The notes: generated by a model from the letters alone, not told the origin. Positions 27,785 to 37,641 are shown, counted from the stretch's first letter. The stretch is DNA of 64,000 nt from Bacteriovoracaceae bacterium (GCA_018649885.1 JABIHA010000118.1:1-64000); one strand, 5' to 3'. Made by a program: numbers and translations.

Positions 27785-28531
27785 ATGCTACTAGCGCTAT
27801 TTTTGATATTTTATTCATCTCTTTCATGGTCGTGGACCATTCTTCTCGATCCAGGTCATGGTGGCGAGGATCACGGTGCCAAATCAAAAGTCATCAAACA
27901 CCGTAAAGGCCGTAAATCGAGCAGAATCACTGTATCTGAAAAAACGATTACCTTAGATATTTCGAAAATAATTAGAAAGAAACTTCTTAGTCTTGGACAC
28001 TCTGCCTACTTAACCAGGAGTGTTGATAAGTCTGTTTCTCTATCTCAAAGAGCAGAGTTAGCAGAAAAAGTTAAAGCGGATATTTTTGTTTCCATTCATG
28101 TAAATTCAGAAAAAAGTAGAGGACCTAATGGTTTTGAAACTTACTACCTAGACAATCACAACGACAAGGCAGTGAGAAAAGTTGAGGGAGTAGAAAATAA
28201 AGATGTGGGTGGAGAAGAAAAAATCGTCAATCAAATTCTAATTGATCTCGTCATTCAAAGAACTGCTCCACAATCAAAGCAGCTTTCACGAATTGTCCAC
28301 TCGCACGCCATTAGAGCAATTAAAAAAAGATTCAGAATTAAGGACCGAGGCGTAAAGCCAGGCCTCTTCTACGTACTCGCCCTCTCTAAAAGACCCTCAA
28401 TCCTACTCGAAGTAGGATTTCTCTCCCACCCCAAAGAAGTCCTAAAAATCCAAGGCCCCAAATTCCAAGAAAGACTCGCCACCTCCATCGCCACCGGAAT
28501 CCACAAATACTTCCTAAAACAAACCCGCTAA
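27785..28531 (+). CDS. N-acetylmuramoyl-L-alanine amidase (Amidase_3)
   Basis: LDPGHGGED, EK, SIHVN, LLEVGF. Confidence 0.93.
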   Translation: MLLALFLIFYSSLSWSWTILLDPGHGGEDHGAKSKVIKHRKGRKSSRITVSEKTITLDISKIIRKKLLSLGHSAYLTRSVDKSVSLSQRAELAEKVKADIFVSIHVNSEKSRGPNGFETYYLDNHNDKAVRKVEGVENKDVGGEEKIVNQILIDLVIQRTAPQSKQLSRIVHSHAIRAIKKRFRIKDRGVKPGLFYVLALSKRPSILLEVGFLSHPKEVLKIQGPKFQERLATSIATGIHKYFLKQTR

Positions 28532-28651
28532 TCCTCACACGGTAGAGAATGAGTTTCGATCTGATCGGACAACTTGATAAAGGCCCACATGGAAAGTGTG
28601 AGCCTATATGAGTGTTTAACAAATTTTAATTTAGTATTTTAATGATTTTCA

Positions 28652-29365
28652 CTACTCTGCAAATGTGGTTACTTCATTGATTTGATTTTCTTTACCCACA
28701 GTATATTGTCTCGTGGTTAATAATATCGGCTCAGACCTGGCATCAGAGGTAATGGCAATGGAGTTATTTTTATCCATAGTTTCAAATAACACTTGCCCAA
28801 TTTGATCGTTACCATTTGGGGTATTTTGTATAATTGAACAATTCAAATTCCGAAGTTCTACAATATCTGTCTCACTTGTCGCTGGATAACTCTCGCCATC
28901 TCGTTGTAAATGATAATATTCTATTTTTAATACAACATCTCCAGTACATGAGGCCATAAAAGGAATGTTTTGAAGATCAATCACTGCACTTCCTTCAGAA
29001 TATGTAATAAACCCAGGTAATGGAACTCTAGGATCTAGCATAGCAACTTGGAAAGTTTCATCACCAACTTCAAAAGTAAACAAAGGCTTTTCGAATAAAT
29101 TAAACCCACTCAAACTAAACGTCCCTTTATAACTTAGAACACGAATTGTTTCAGATATTTCATCTTTATATTTTTCAATTTCAGCATCAAAGTCAGCTGG
29201 AAAATTGCCTGTGCTTGCAGCATCAAAATCAGCTGAAAAATTGCCTGTGCTTGTAGCATCAAAATCAGCTGAAAAATTTTGATCTGATGCAAATGCAAAT
29301 GGGATAGCCGTTATTGAAATTATAAGCATAAGTAGTGAATAGAATCTTTTCATTTTTTTCTCCAA
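28652..29365 (-). CDS. secreted hypothetical protein with 12-aa repeats
   Basis: Signal peptide ending AFA; NF(S/P)ADFDA three times. Confidence 0.8.
   Translation of the reverse strand: MEKKMKRFYSLLMLIISITAIPFAFASDQNFSADFDATSTGNFSADFDAASTGNFPADFDAEIEKYKDEISETIRVLSYKGTFSLSGFNLFEKPLFTFEVGDETFQVAMLDPRVPLPGFITYSEGSAVIDLQNIPFMASCTGDVVLKIEYYHLQRDGESYPATSETDIVELRNLNCSIIQNTPNGNDQIGQVLFETMDKNNSIAITSDARSEPILLTTRQYTVGKENQINEVTTFAE
29183..29278. repeat. 36-bp tandem repeat, about 2.7 copies
   Basis: agcatcaaaatcagctgaaaaattgcctgtgcttg(c/t) units. Confidence 0.9.
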
Positions 29366-29510
29366 AGTTTGATACTGTAGCCCAAAGCGACTTTGTTTTT
29401 TTCTCTTACTACATTTTAAGGTATTTCGGTCAGAGTTACGGAGTAGAAATTTTGTAAGATAAAATTTAGGTTCTTTGAATTATGTCCAAATCTTCTACAC
29501 AAGCAAGACT

Positions 29511-29636
29511 TAGCTGTGCACAGTTTATGTTAGATTTGAGTGAAGCAAGGAGAAGCGATTGGAGATGTACTTTTGTACATCGTAATGAGCGCCGACGCAG
29601 CCTGAGCTCAAAGATGACATAAAATGTGTGCAGATA
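29511..29636. repeat. palindromic MITE/RPE-like element
   Basis: Imperfect 27-bp terminal inverted repeats, central GATGTAC-TTTT-GTACATC, TA at both flanks. Confidence 0.65.
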
Positions 29637-29638
29637 AT

Positions 29639-29726
29639 AAAAAGGGCAAGGTGAGAGCCTTGCCCGGGAGAGAGAGAGAAAATCAACCGGCCTACCTATT
29701 TCTAACTAGGCCTGATGAAATCTTAT
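29639..29726 (-). ncRNA. candidate small RNA (hairpin, CU tract, terminator)
   Basis: GGCCTA/TAGGCC stem, TTTTCTCTCTCTCTCCC, GGGCAAGG/CCTTGCCC-TTTTT. Confidence 0.4.
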
Positions 29727-29790
29727 ATTAAATTTAATTTGTTTTTTTTAAAGAAGAGCTCTTTATAAAAGCCCTTCTCAATGGTTTTGA

Positions 29791-30483
29791 TTAATAATAA
29801 TTTGAGTAAGGATTCCAGTAACTATATGAACCGCTATTACACTGTGAGTATCCAGTATAAACATCAGTATCAATCGGAAAGAAAGCCGTAGGAAATGAAG
29901 TTGCTGGATAGTATTCGTAATCCCCAACTTCAAGCCATACTGATGATTTTAAAATTATATCATGCGAGCAGCTTGAAGATGTCGCAGTATACATTGTATC
30001 AATTCCTAAATTTGTAATTGTTCTACCGCCGCCAATTAGTGGAACGCCGTTAGAAGTAAAGTCGCACATTTCAAGATATACATTATATCCAGTAATCGTT
30101 GAGCCACTTGTTAGCTCTTGCACTGCCATAATGTCACCAAAGATACTTCTACCGAGGTAGATGCTTCCTGTGTAGCCTCCGCTATAGCCAGCAGTGTAAA
30201 CACCGAGACCATTTGGATCATTAATATAGTAACTAACAGTTGTTGTTCTACTGCCACCAAATGTACATGAAATTGATGACCTGTAAGGGGAAATTGCACT
30301 CTCAATGCTGGCGTCCCATACACCTGTTGTGTAGCCACTACTCGCAGAACCTGAGCCTGATCCAAGATCATCTTTTTTGACGTTGTTATCGCTTCCACAT
30401 GAAGTGACTAAAAGCATAACCATCACTAGTGACGTCAGGTTTCTTGTTAGTAAGGTGAGTGGCTTAGACATAAGCGTTCTCAT
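29791..30483 (-). CDS. hypothetical lipoprotein
   Basis: Lipobox VTSC; AGGAGAG RBS; rich in Ser, Gly, Thr and Tyr. Confidence 0.85.
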   Translation of the reverse strand: MRTLMSKPLTLLTRNLTSLVMVMLLVTSCGSDNNVKKDDLGSGSGSASSGYTTGVWDASIESAISPYRSSISCTFGGSRTTTVSYYINDPNGLGVYTAGYSGGYTGSIYLGRSIFGDIMAVQELTSGSTITGYNVYLEMCDFTSNGVPLIGGGRTITNLGIDTMYTATSSSCSHDIILKSSVWLEVGDYEYYPATSFPTAFFPIDTDVYTGYSQCNSGSYSYWNPYSNYY

Positions 30484-30540
30484 CTCTTCTCTCCTAAGTT
30501 TAAATTCAAATTCTTTTAATATCTCTTTTGTTCTTTACAT

Positions 30541-30556
30541 TGCACATAGGGTGCCA
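30541..30556 (-). promoter_or_regulatory. putative sigma54 promoter
   Basis: TGGCACCCTATGTGCA. Confidence 0.65.
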
Positions 30557-30778
30557 ACTTTTACGTTCATAAGTTGCACAGCATTTCATGTGATTTAAAG
30601 GGATTGGATAATCTAATGTGGAAAGGCGCAAAATAATTGATCAATTTGAATAAACAAGTGCACAAACAATAGACAATATTCTAGACATAAACCTTGTTTT
30701 TACACAGTAGTAAATAAAAATTATTTTTACCTTGAATTACTTGGGAATTTCCCGAAAGGTGATTGCAGTGAGGGATAG

Positions 30779-31789
30779 ATGAAATTTTTAAGTAATATAA
30801 AAGACATTGTACTGGGTTTGCTATCTAAGTTATCAAAAAGTATAGATGAAAAACAAAAGTTCAGATTTCGAATTTCTTTCCTGGTTACAGTAATTCCAAC
30901 GATTGCCCTTTTATTCGTAGGTTACTATCTCCATTTAATATATGAAATTAACTTATTGTACTTTGATGCCTACTCAGCTCAGGCTTCTGAAGAGATTAGA
31001 GAGGCCTTTGTGGCTTTTATGGCCGAAAAAAGTCTTGGCTATATAGGTATTTTTGGGTGCTTCTTTTTACTTCATTTCTTTGTGGGAATGCATATTTCAG
31101 CTCTTCTTTTAAAACCTTTTGAAAGGATTGGTAGTTATTGTAATGAGTTTTTGGAAGATAATCGCAAAGTATATGAGCCAGACCTATTTTCTGATTTTAA
31201 GCTGTTAACCTCATTTAGTGAGTACTTCTTTCGCCATATCCACTCAACTTTAAAAAAGGAGAAGTGGGACGATCAAACTATCCCTCTATATTATACAAGA
31301 ATTCACGGGCCTATTTTTGAGAGGGTCTTTTTCTTCCATTCTTGCTTGATGCTTGGATTTTTAGGAACATTATCAGTAGTTTTTATTTACTTCGTTTCCA
31401 TCGATATGAATTCAAATCTTATTGAACTGGCAATTACCACTCTTAAAAGTTATGGACCAGAAGAGGTTTTCTTTTTAAAGGGGCAAAATAGCTTTATTTT
31501 GAGTGCCATCACAGTATCTGGAAGTATGGTCTTCGTATCTTATGCGGTACTTGCCATTGTTTTGTATAACAAAGTTTCTGGGGCTGCATTTGCATACTTT
31601 GCAACTATGAGATCCTTTATGAAAGGAAAGTTTTCATCAAGGGTTCATCTCATAGGCTATAGCTATGTAAGAAATTACGGCAGGGATTTGAACAGGTATT
31701 TAAAATTTCTTGAAACTAGACTAAATGAATTCGAAAATCCAGAAATCGGTGATTCAGAAAAAGTCAAAAAACTGAAACGATCGGTCTAG
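30779..31789 (+). CDS. membrane protein with HAMP-like segments
   Basis: Two TM-loop-TM units, each followed by a HAMP-like linker. Confidence 0.65.
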   Translation: MKFLSNIKDIVLGLLSKLSKSIDEKQKFRFRISFLVTVIPTIALLFVGYYLHLIYEINLLYFDAYSAQASEEIREAFVAFMAEKSLGYIGIFGCFFLLHFFVGMHISALLLKPFERIGSYCNEFLEDNRKVYEPDLFSDFKLLTSFSEYFFRHIHSTLKKEKWDDQTIPLYYTRIHGPIFERVFFFHSCLMLGFLGTLSVVFIYFVSIDMNSNLIELAITTLKSYGPEEVFFLKGQNSFILSAITVSGSMVFVSYAVLAIVLYNKVSGAAFAYFATMRSFMKGKFSSRVHLIGYSYVRNYGRDLNRYLKFLETRLNEFENPEIGDSEKVKKLKRSV

Positions 31790-31886
31790 TTTTTCCCTTC
31801 AATTTAATAATTACACATTCTTTATAGATGATTCTTTTGAAATAAGTTATAGTAATCATGAAACTTTATTGAAAAAGGAAATGCCC

Positions 31887-32678
31887 ATGAAAAGTCAGAT
31901 TGCTTTGTCCATCTTAGCGATACTTGCTCTAGCATTGGTTGGTTGTAATTCTGAGCAGCAAATCAAAGACACTATTAAGAAAAATCCAGATCTACTCATA
32001 GAAGCCATCAAGGCCAAGCCGGTAGAGTTTATTGATGCTCTCAATGATGCGGTTAAGATTGCCCAGAAGGGTGAGGCAAAAAGAAGAGAAGACTCAGAAA
32101 AGAAGAGACTTGAGGAGGCTTTTGAAAAGCCACTAACACCAGTACTCAGAAGTGATGAAACTTATCGAGGCGGTGGAAAAGATTCGCCATTAGTACTTGT
32201 AGAGTACAGTGACTTCGAGTGTCCCTTTTGTTCGCGAGGTTTTAAAACGGTTCAAAAGCTTCTTGAAACTTATCCTGGCAAGTTAACTTTCGTTTACAAG
32301 CATCTTCCACTAAGTTTTCATGCTAATGCTATGAAAGCGTCGCAGTACTATGAGGCAATAAGACTACAGGACCCTAAAAAGGCATTTAAATTTCATGATG
32401 AAATTTATGAAAATCAAAGGGGCTTAAAGAAGGGCGAAGGATTCTTGAAAGGTATCGCGAAGAAAGTAGGTGCCGATATGGGCAAATTGGCTGCAGATGT
32501 AAATTCTGAAAAAGTTAAAAAACGTATTGCCGAAGATATGCAAGAAGCCGAAAAATTTGGCTTTTCCGGAACACCTGGATTTTTGCTCAATGGAGTTCCT
32601 GTAAAAGGTGCTTATCCTTTCTCACACTTCCAAGAAATTATTGGGAAGCTGAAGGCCAAAGGAAAAGTTAGTCTTTAA
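31887..32678 (+). CDS. DsbA-family thioredoxin-like lipoprotein
   Basis: LVGC lipobox, SDFECPFC, GTP. Confidence 0.92.
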   Translation: MKSQIALSILAILALALVGCNSEQQIKDTIKKNPDLLIEAIKAKPVEFIDALNDAVKIAQKGEAKRREDSEKKRLEEAFEKPLTPVLRSDETYRGGGKDSPLVLVEYSDFECPFCSRGFKTVQKLLETYPGKLTFVYKHLPLSFHANAMKASQYYEAIRLQDPKKAFKFHDEIYENQRGLKKGEGFLKGIAKKVGADMGKLAADVNSEKVKKRIAEDMQEAEKFGFSGTPGFLLNGVPVKGAYPFSHFQEIIGKLKAKGKVSL

Positions 32679-32705
32679 ATACAAATTCAAATGATGTATA
32701 GCTTG

Positions 32706-32737
32706 GCCCTCTATAAGATATAGAGGGCTTTTTTTTT
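32706..32737 (+). terminator. intrinsic terminator
   Basis: GCCCTCTATA/TATAGAGGGC followed by T9. Confidence 0.9.
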
Positions 32738-32745
32738 GGAAAACT

Positions 32746-33318
32746 ATGAATATAGATTTAGCTAAATTTGAGGAATCCGCAAAAGATAGAAGGTTGCCCT
32801 TGACCCAGAAGATGGACAGGCTTGGAGAGTCTAATATCAACTGTAGAGACTGTCCTGGAGAGTGTTGCACCTTTACATCCAATTCCATGCAGGTGACTCC
32901 AATTGAAGCGATCGATATGATGATCTATCTGAAAAAGCAGTCTCAATATAGTACTTCGACCTTTCATAGTCTTGAAAATTGTATAAAAAAATATCGGCTT
33001 GATGGGCCCACTCTCTCAAACGGTAAGAAAATATTTATGAGAAGAACCTATACTTGCCCTTTTTTTGGAGGAGGGGAGCTGGGCTGTACTATCGATCCTG
33101 AATATAAACCATACGGCTGCTTAGCGTTTAATCCCACACATATTTCATTCAAAGCAGATTCTCACTGCCATTCAGATAAAGAGCAGCTCCTGCGCACGGA
33201 CGAACAAAATGTTCAAATTCATGAACAATTGAGCGCGGACCTTGTGAGTTCCCTAAAGCTCGATTGGGAAAAGCTGCCTATTCCAGTTGCTATTGTAAGG
33301 TTGTGGGATTTTCTTTAA
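32746..33318 (+). CDS. YkgJ/FliB-like Cys-cluster protein
   Basis: CRDCPGECC, CPFF, CTI..KPYGC. Confidence 0.8.
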   Translation: MNIDLAKFEESAKDRRLPLTQKMDRLGESNINCRDCPGECCTFTSNSMQVTPIEAIDMMIYLKKQSQYSTSTFHSLENCIKKYRLDGPTLSNGKKIFMRRTYTCPFFGGGELGCTIDPEYKPYGCLAFNPTHISFKADSHCHSDKEQLLRTDEQNVQIHEQLSADLVSSLKLDWEKLPIPVAIVRLWDFL

Positions 33319-33383
33319 GTTGATTGGTTTTCAATCTGGGCTTATCCTATTCTAAGTATAAATAAAATTTGTGGGAGCTTTTC

Positions 33384-33830
33384 ATGGATGAGAATCACTA
33401 TACCGAGCTTGGAAAAAGAGCTGGCTCAAAGATAAACCATACTGAGCCTTCTTTTTTTAAAGGTTCACAGTCACTCGAGGACTTACTGGAAGAAAATAAA
33501 TTTCCAACGAGTGCCGAAATTGTTACGGCCTATCTTAATTCGATCCAAAAGATTTTGGATTATGAGCACATCGAAGAAGTTATTTCAGAGTCAATAAACT
33601 TAAAAGAAATTCTAGATGAAGTAGATAGGCTTTACACAACTCCAAGCATGATGAGGGACAGTCTTTACCTGAGGTTATCCCCAATATTCATGCGCTATGT
33701 ATTGTCAAGCGTGTTGGACTTATCCCTCGACAAAAATAATTTTGTCAAGGAATTAATGGAGGTATTTCGAGTCGTTCTTGAAGAAGAATATCATCACTGG
33801 CGTGAAACCAGCATGGATATTGATAAATAG
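33384..33830 (+). CDS. hypothetical protein
   Basis: GGGAG RBS before ATG 33384. Confidence 0.7.
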   Translation: MDENHYTELGKRAGSKINHTEPSFFKGSQSLEDLLEENKFPTSAEIVTAYLNSIQKILDYEHIEEVISESINLKEILDEVDRLYTTPSMMRDSLYLRLSPIFMRYVLSSVLDLSLDKNNFVKELMEVFRVVLEEEYHHWRETSMDIDK

Positions 33831-33925
33831 ATAAGGCCGATTAAAAAACTATTTGTCATACGGAGTAAAATAGTTAAACATTTTAGTTATGTTACTATTA
33901 ACTATTTTGCTCGGAGAGTGAACGC

Positions 33926-34204
33926 ATGAACAGAAAAGAGCTTGTAGAAGCCATCCTAAAAGAAAAAACTCTTACTCATTTAACTAAAAAAGATGCAGAT
34001 CAATTTATTGCAACACTTTTAGATACTGTTAAAAGAACAGTTAAGAAAGGTGATGATGTATCTCTAGTTGGTTTTGGTACTTTTACTAAAACTAGAAGAG
34101 CTGCTAGAACTGGTGTTAATCCAGCGACTGGTGAGAGAATCAAAATTAAAGCAAAGACACTTCCAAAATTCCGTCCAGGAAAAGCTTGGAAAGACATGTT
34201 CTAA
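33926..34204 (+). CDS. hup: HU DNA-binding protein
   Basis: GFGTF, RTGVNPATGE, PKFRPGK. Confidence 0.95.
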   Translation: MNRKELVEAILKEKTLTHLTKKDADQFIATLLDTVKRTVKKGDDVSLVGFGTFTKTRRAARTGVNPATGERIKIKAKTLPKFRPGKAWKDMF

Positions 34205-34232
34205 TTTTAAGTAGTTAACAATGTTTAAAAGG

Positions 34233-34260
34233 ACCCTCCAGTTTTGGAGGGTTTTTTTTT
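34233..34260 (+). terminator. intrinsic terminator
   Basis: ACCCTCCA/TGGAGGGT followed by a T-run. Confidence 0.9.
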
Positions 34261-34482
34261 GCCAATTTGAATATCTGATTAAATAAAACCAGCGTTGCTT
34301 TTTTGACACCACCTCCTGAAATATTTTCCGCATTCTTCCCAAAAAAAAGCAGAAATTGCCTACTAGAAGGGGGGCTCCTTGATTTGCTTTCACAGGGTGT
34401 TATAATTTTTGACAGGGAGTTCTACTAGGATAAGAACAATATTCCGGTAGAGATTAGAGCAGCTTTTTAATGAAAAGGTAGA

Positions 34483-35052
34483 GTGATGGCTGAAGAAGAG
34501 AATGAGCAAGAGGGAGCAGAAGTTGCAAAAAAAGAAAGTACTCCTAGTCAGAAAAGTCCACTAGTTCTACTTCTACTTATTGTAAATGCAGCGGGAATAG
34601 GAGCGATAGCCTTTATGCAGTTTCAGTCACATCAAAAAGAAATGGCAAAACCAGACATCCAGGATGTGGTCAAAGCTGCCATGGAAAAGAAGATCTCTGA
34701 AGAAGATGGTGGTGAAGAAGAAGCTATTTCACCTATTAAAAAAGATAAGGGCCTGCTTCTCCCCTTAGAAGGCTTTACTGCCAATTTGGCACAAGGTGAT
34801 GGACCAAGAAGGTTTGTCCGTTTGAATGCAGTATTAAAGTTTAGTTCAAGTTCAAAAAGTGAAGAGTTTGAGGCCAGAAAACCTCAAATTAGAGATACGA
34901 TTATTAGTATTTTGAATTCAAAACGACCTGAAGACCTTCTTAAAAAAGAGGGTAAGGTTTATCTCAAGGAAGAGATAAAGGCTTCAATTAATTCCTTTTT
35001 AATTGATGGAAAGGTCGTAGACATATTCTATGTCGGTTTCCAGATTAATTAA
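34483..35052 (+). CDS. fliL: flagellar basal body protein FliL
   Basis: TM helix, FTANL, PQIRD, GK..LKEEI. Confidence 0.92.
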   Translation: MMAEEENEQEGAEVAKKESTPSQKSPLVLLLLIVNAAGIGAIAFMQFQSHQKEMAKPDIQDVVKAAMEKKISEEDGGEEEAISPIKKDKGLLLPLEGFTANLAQGDGPRRFVRLNAVLKFSSSSKSEEFEARKPQIRDTIISILNSKRPEDLLKKEGKVYLKEEIKASINSFLIDGKVVDIFYVGFQIN

Positions 35053-35114
35053 TCTGAGAGAGGCGTTCATAGAAGAGACTTTATTATCTTAGGCAAGATC
35101 CCAGGAGGGGAAAA

Positions 35115-36122
35115 ATGGCCCAAGTCCTTTCGCAAGACGAAGTAGACGCACTATTAAATGCAGTTAACGACAGTGAAGAAGAATCATCTGATTTCGGCGG
35201 TGATGTTGGAGATTTTGATGATTTTGAAGATGATGATGAGGGTGATCAGAATATTCAGCCCTATGACCTTACCAACCAGGATAGGGTTATTAGAGGCCGA
35301 ATGCCTATCCTGGAAATTATCTATGAAAGATTTATTAGGCTCTTTAGGGTCTCTTTATCTAATAGTCTAAGAAAGATCTCAACAATCTCTATGATTTCAA
35401 CTGACCTTTTGAAGTTCGGTGAATTTGTTAACACATTACCGATTCCATCTTGTATGTGTATTTTGAGATTCAATGAGCTTAGGGGCCCAGCATTATTAGT
35501 TTTTGAATCAAAGCTGGCCTACGCCATTATAGATTCTTATTTTGGCGGCACTGATAGACCTTTTACCAAAATTGAGGGAAAGGAATTTACTCAAATAGAG
35601 CTCTCCTTTATGAGAAGAGTTATGGACATGGGAATTGCAGATCTCGAAGAAGCATGGGCCCCCGTTCACCGAATTGATGCTCAATACCTTAGAACTGAAA
35701 TTAATCCCCAGTTTGTTGGGGTTGTGCCACCAAGTGATGTAATTATCGCCACTACTTTTGAAGTAGAATTTGAATCTGCCTCGGGAACAATTATGGTTGT
35801 TGTTCCCTACTCAACTATTGAACCAATAAAGCAAAAACTGAGCTCAAGCTTCCAAACAGATAATGACATGGTGGATACGCTTTGGACTAAGTCGATGCAT
35901 GATCATATTGGACATACCTTTGCGACACTTGTCATTAAGCTGGGTGATACATCAATGACTGTAGGGGACCTCGTTAATTTAGAGATTGGAGATATTATTC
36001 CTCTTGAGCAAGATGCTTCAGGGGAAGTGAAAGTAGAAGTAGAAGGAATTAAAAAATTCAGCTGTTTAATAGGCACACACAAAGGTGCTAAGGCTGTGCA
36101 AATAACTAAACAACACAAATAA
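35115..36122 (+). CDS. fliM: flagellar motor switch protein FliM
   Basis: [23 protein letters not shown]. Confidence 0.96.
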   Translation: MAQVLSQDEVDALLNAVNDSEEESSDFGGDVGDFDDFEDDDEGDQNIQPYDLTNQDRVIRGRMPILEIIYERFIRLFRVSLSNSLRKISTISMISTDLLKFGEFVNTLPIPSCMCILRFNELRGPALLVFESKLAYAIIDSYFGGTDRPFTKIEGKEFTQIELSFMRRVMDMGIADLEEAWAPVHRIDAQYLRTEINPQFVGVVPPSDVIIATTFEVEFESASGTIMVVVPYSTIEPIKQKLSSSFQTDNDMVDTLWTKSMHDHIGHTFATLVIKLGDTSMTVGDLVNLEIGDIIPLEQDASGEVKVEVEGIKKFSCLIGTHKGAKAVQITKQHK

Positions 36123-36138
36123 ACTTAGAGAGGGTCAA

Positions 36139-36540
36139 ATGGCCGAAGAAGCAGAAAACCAAGAAGCAATACCAGCGGAAGAACCAAAGAAAGAGGCTCC
36201 AAAGCTTTTGAAATCAGACGAAGTGCAAAGACTCGTTGACGAAATTCAAGCAGGGGATGATTCAATCAATAAGCTCAAGGTTCAAAACCTTGATTTTATA
36301 CTGGATATTCCTCTAAAGGTCAGTGTTGAGCTCGGAAGAACTAACGTGATTATTAAAGATCTTCTGCAACTCGGTCAAGGGTCAGTTTTGGAACTTGATA
36401 AGCTTGCTGGAGAGGCCCTAGAGGTACTAGTAAACGGTAAGTTAGTTGCACGGGGTGAGGTTGTTGTTGTTAACGAAAAATTTGGAATTAGGTTAACAGA
36501 TATAATTAGTCCAATTGAAAGAATTGAAACGCTTAAATAG
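36139..36540 (+). CDS. fliN: flagellar motor switch protein FliN
   Basis: [25 protein letters not shown]. Confidence 0.96.
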   Translation: MAEEAENQEAIPAEEPKKEAPKLLKSDEVQRLVDEIQAGDDSINKLKVQNLDFILDIPLKVSVELGRTNVIIKDLLQLGQGSVLELDKLAGEALEVLVNGKLVARGEVVVVNEKFGIRLTDIISPIERIETLK

Positions 36541-36552
36541 AGGTTAGAAGAG

Positions 36553-37638
36553 ATGAAAAGTCGATTCACATTAATTATCATCCTGGCATTACTTCAATCA
36601 CTTTGTTTTGCTGCTACAAAATCCAAAATCACTAATATAAAGCTAGTGAAGCATAGTAATGGGTTTGAAAAATTAGTGGTTGAATATTCTGGGAAGTTAT
36701 TGGGTGAGCCTGAGTTAAAAGTGGGTAAGAATTTTTTGCAGATTCTCATTCCAAATAGTTATGTTTGGCCGAAATTAAAAAAATCAGTAAAGACACCCAT
36801 CAATGGAATTGATACCACACTTCTTGCTTATCAGTATGATAGCGGGAATGTTAGGGCCCGTGCGGTAATTAACAACCTCAACCAAGGTGTTGCAAACAAG
36901 GCGTATATAAGCCTGAAAAATCATGCCATTGAGCTAATCTACCCAGTAGCAACTTCTTCAATATCTAAGAAGCTAACTAAAAAAGGGAAAGCAAAGGCTA
37001 AGAGCAAAGCTAAAAATAGCTATGATGAAGCCTACCTTGACCAGCTATTAGGATTAAAAGGTGAGGGCACTGGTGAAAAGAAGCAGAAAGCAAAAATTGC
37101 TAGGGATGAAATCAAAACATCACTGGCTTCTCTAGAAAGCAAATTAAAAAGTGATGGGAAAAGCCAAATCGACTGGGCGACCTACCTTGGGAAGTTTGTA
37201 GGGTTTTTAGCTCTTGTGATTCTCTTCTTTTATGGAATTGTGACTCTCTTAAAAAAAGGCGTTATTAAAAAAGGTAAGTTAGGCTTTTTAAATGACACTA
37301 AAGTTGTTCAAGTCGTAAACACTACTTATCTCTCACCTAAAAGAAGTCTCATCATGGTGAAAGTTCATGGACAGGTATTTCTTCTAAGTAATACTGAAAA
37401 TGGAATTAGCTTTCTCTCTGAAATCCACGATGTACCAAAAATGATCAAAGATGGAGAGAGACGAATTTCTGGCTCAAACTTTGACACTAATCTGACTAGT
37501 GCAGATGAATTAAAAAATCTTGAAGAAAAAGTAAAAATGAAAGATCTGGATAAAATTGATTTGTCTGAGCAAGCTGCCAAAGTAAGTTTTTCAGAACAAA
37601 TGAAAAAGAAGTTTAAAGATTTAAAACCCCTGCAATAA
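36553..37638 (+). CDS. fliO: FliO with N-terminal periplasmic (AMIN-like) extension
   Basis: Position between fliN and fliP; TM helix, then LSPKRSLIMVKV..FLL. Confidence 0.85.
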   Translation: MKSRFTLIIILALLQSLCFAATKSKITNIKLVKHSNGFEKLVVEYSGKLLGEPELKVGKNFLQILIPNSYVWPKLKKSVKTPINGIDTTLLAYQYDSGNVRARAVINNLNQGVANKAYISLKNHAIELIYPVATSSISKKLTKKGKAKAKSKAKNSYDEAYLDQLLGLKGEGTGEKKQKAKIARDEIKTSLASLESKLKSDGKSQIDWATYLGKFVGFLALVILFFYGIVTLLKKGVIKKGKLGFLNDTKVVQVVNTTYLSPKRSLIMVKVHGQVFLLSNTENGISFLSEIHDVPKMIKDGERRISGSNFDTNLTSADELKNLEEKVKMKDLDKIDLSEQAAKVSFSEQMKKKFKDLKPLQ

Positions 37639-37641
37639 GGA

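Noticed and set aside
28386..28622. 78-aa antisense ORF (RWRWRW, Gly/Leu-rich)
   Set aside because: A by-product of the C/A codon skew of the amidase gene.
29183..29278. CRISPR array (36-bp unit)
   Set aside because: Units are head-to-tail without unique spacers, in frame within a CDS, and there are no cas genes.
34261..34482. c-di-GMP riboswitch or phase-variable tract upstream of fliL
   Set aside because: No recognisable GEMM architecture; A8 and G6 runs are unremarkable.
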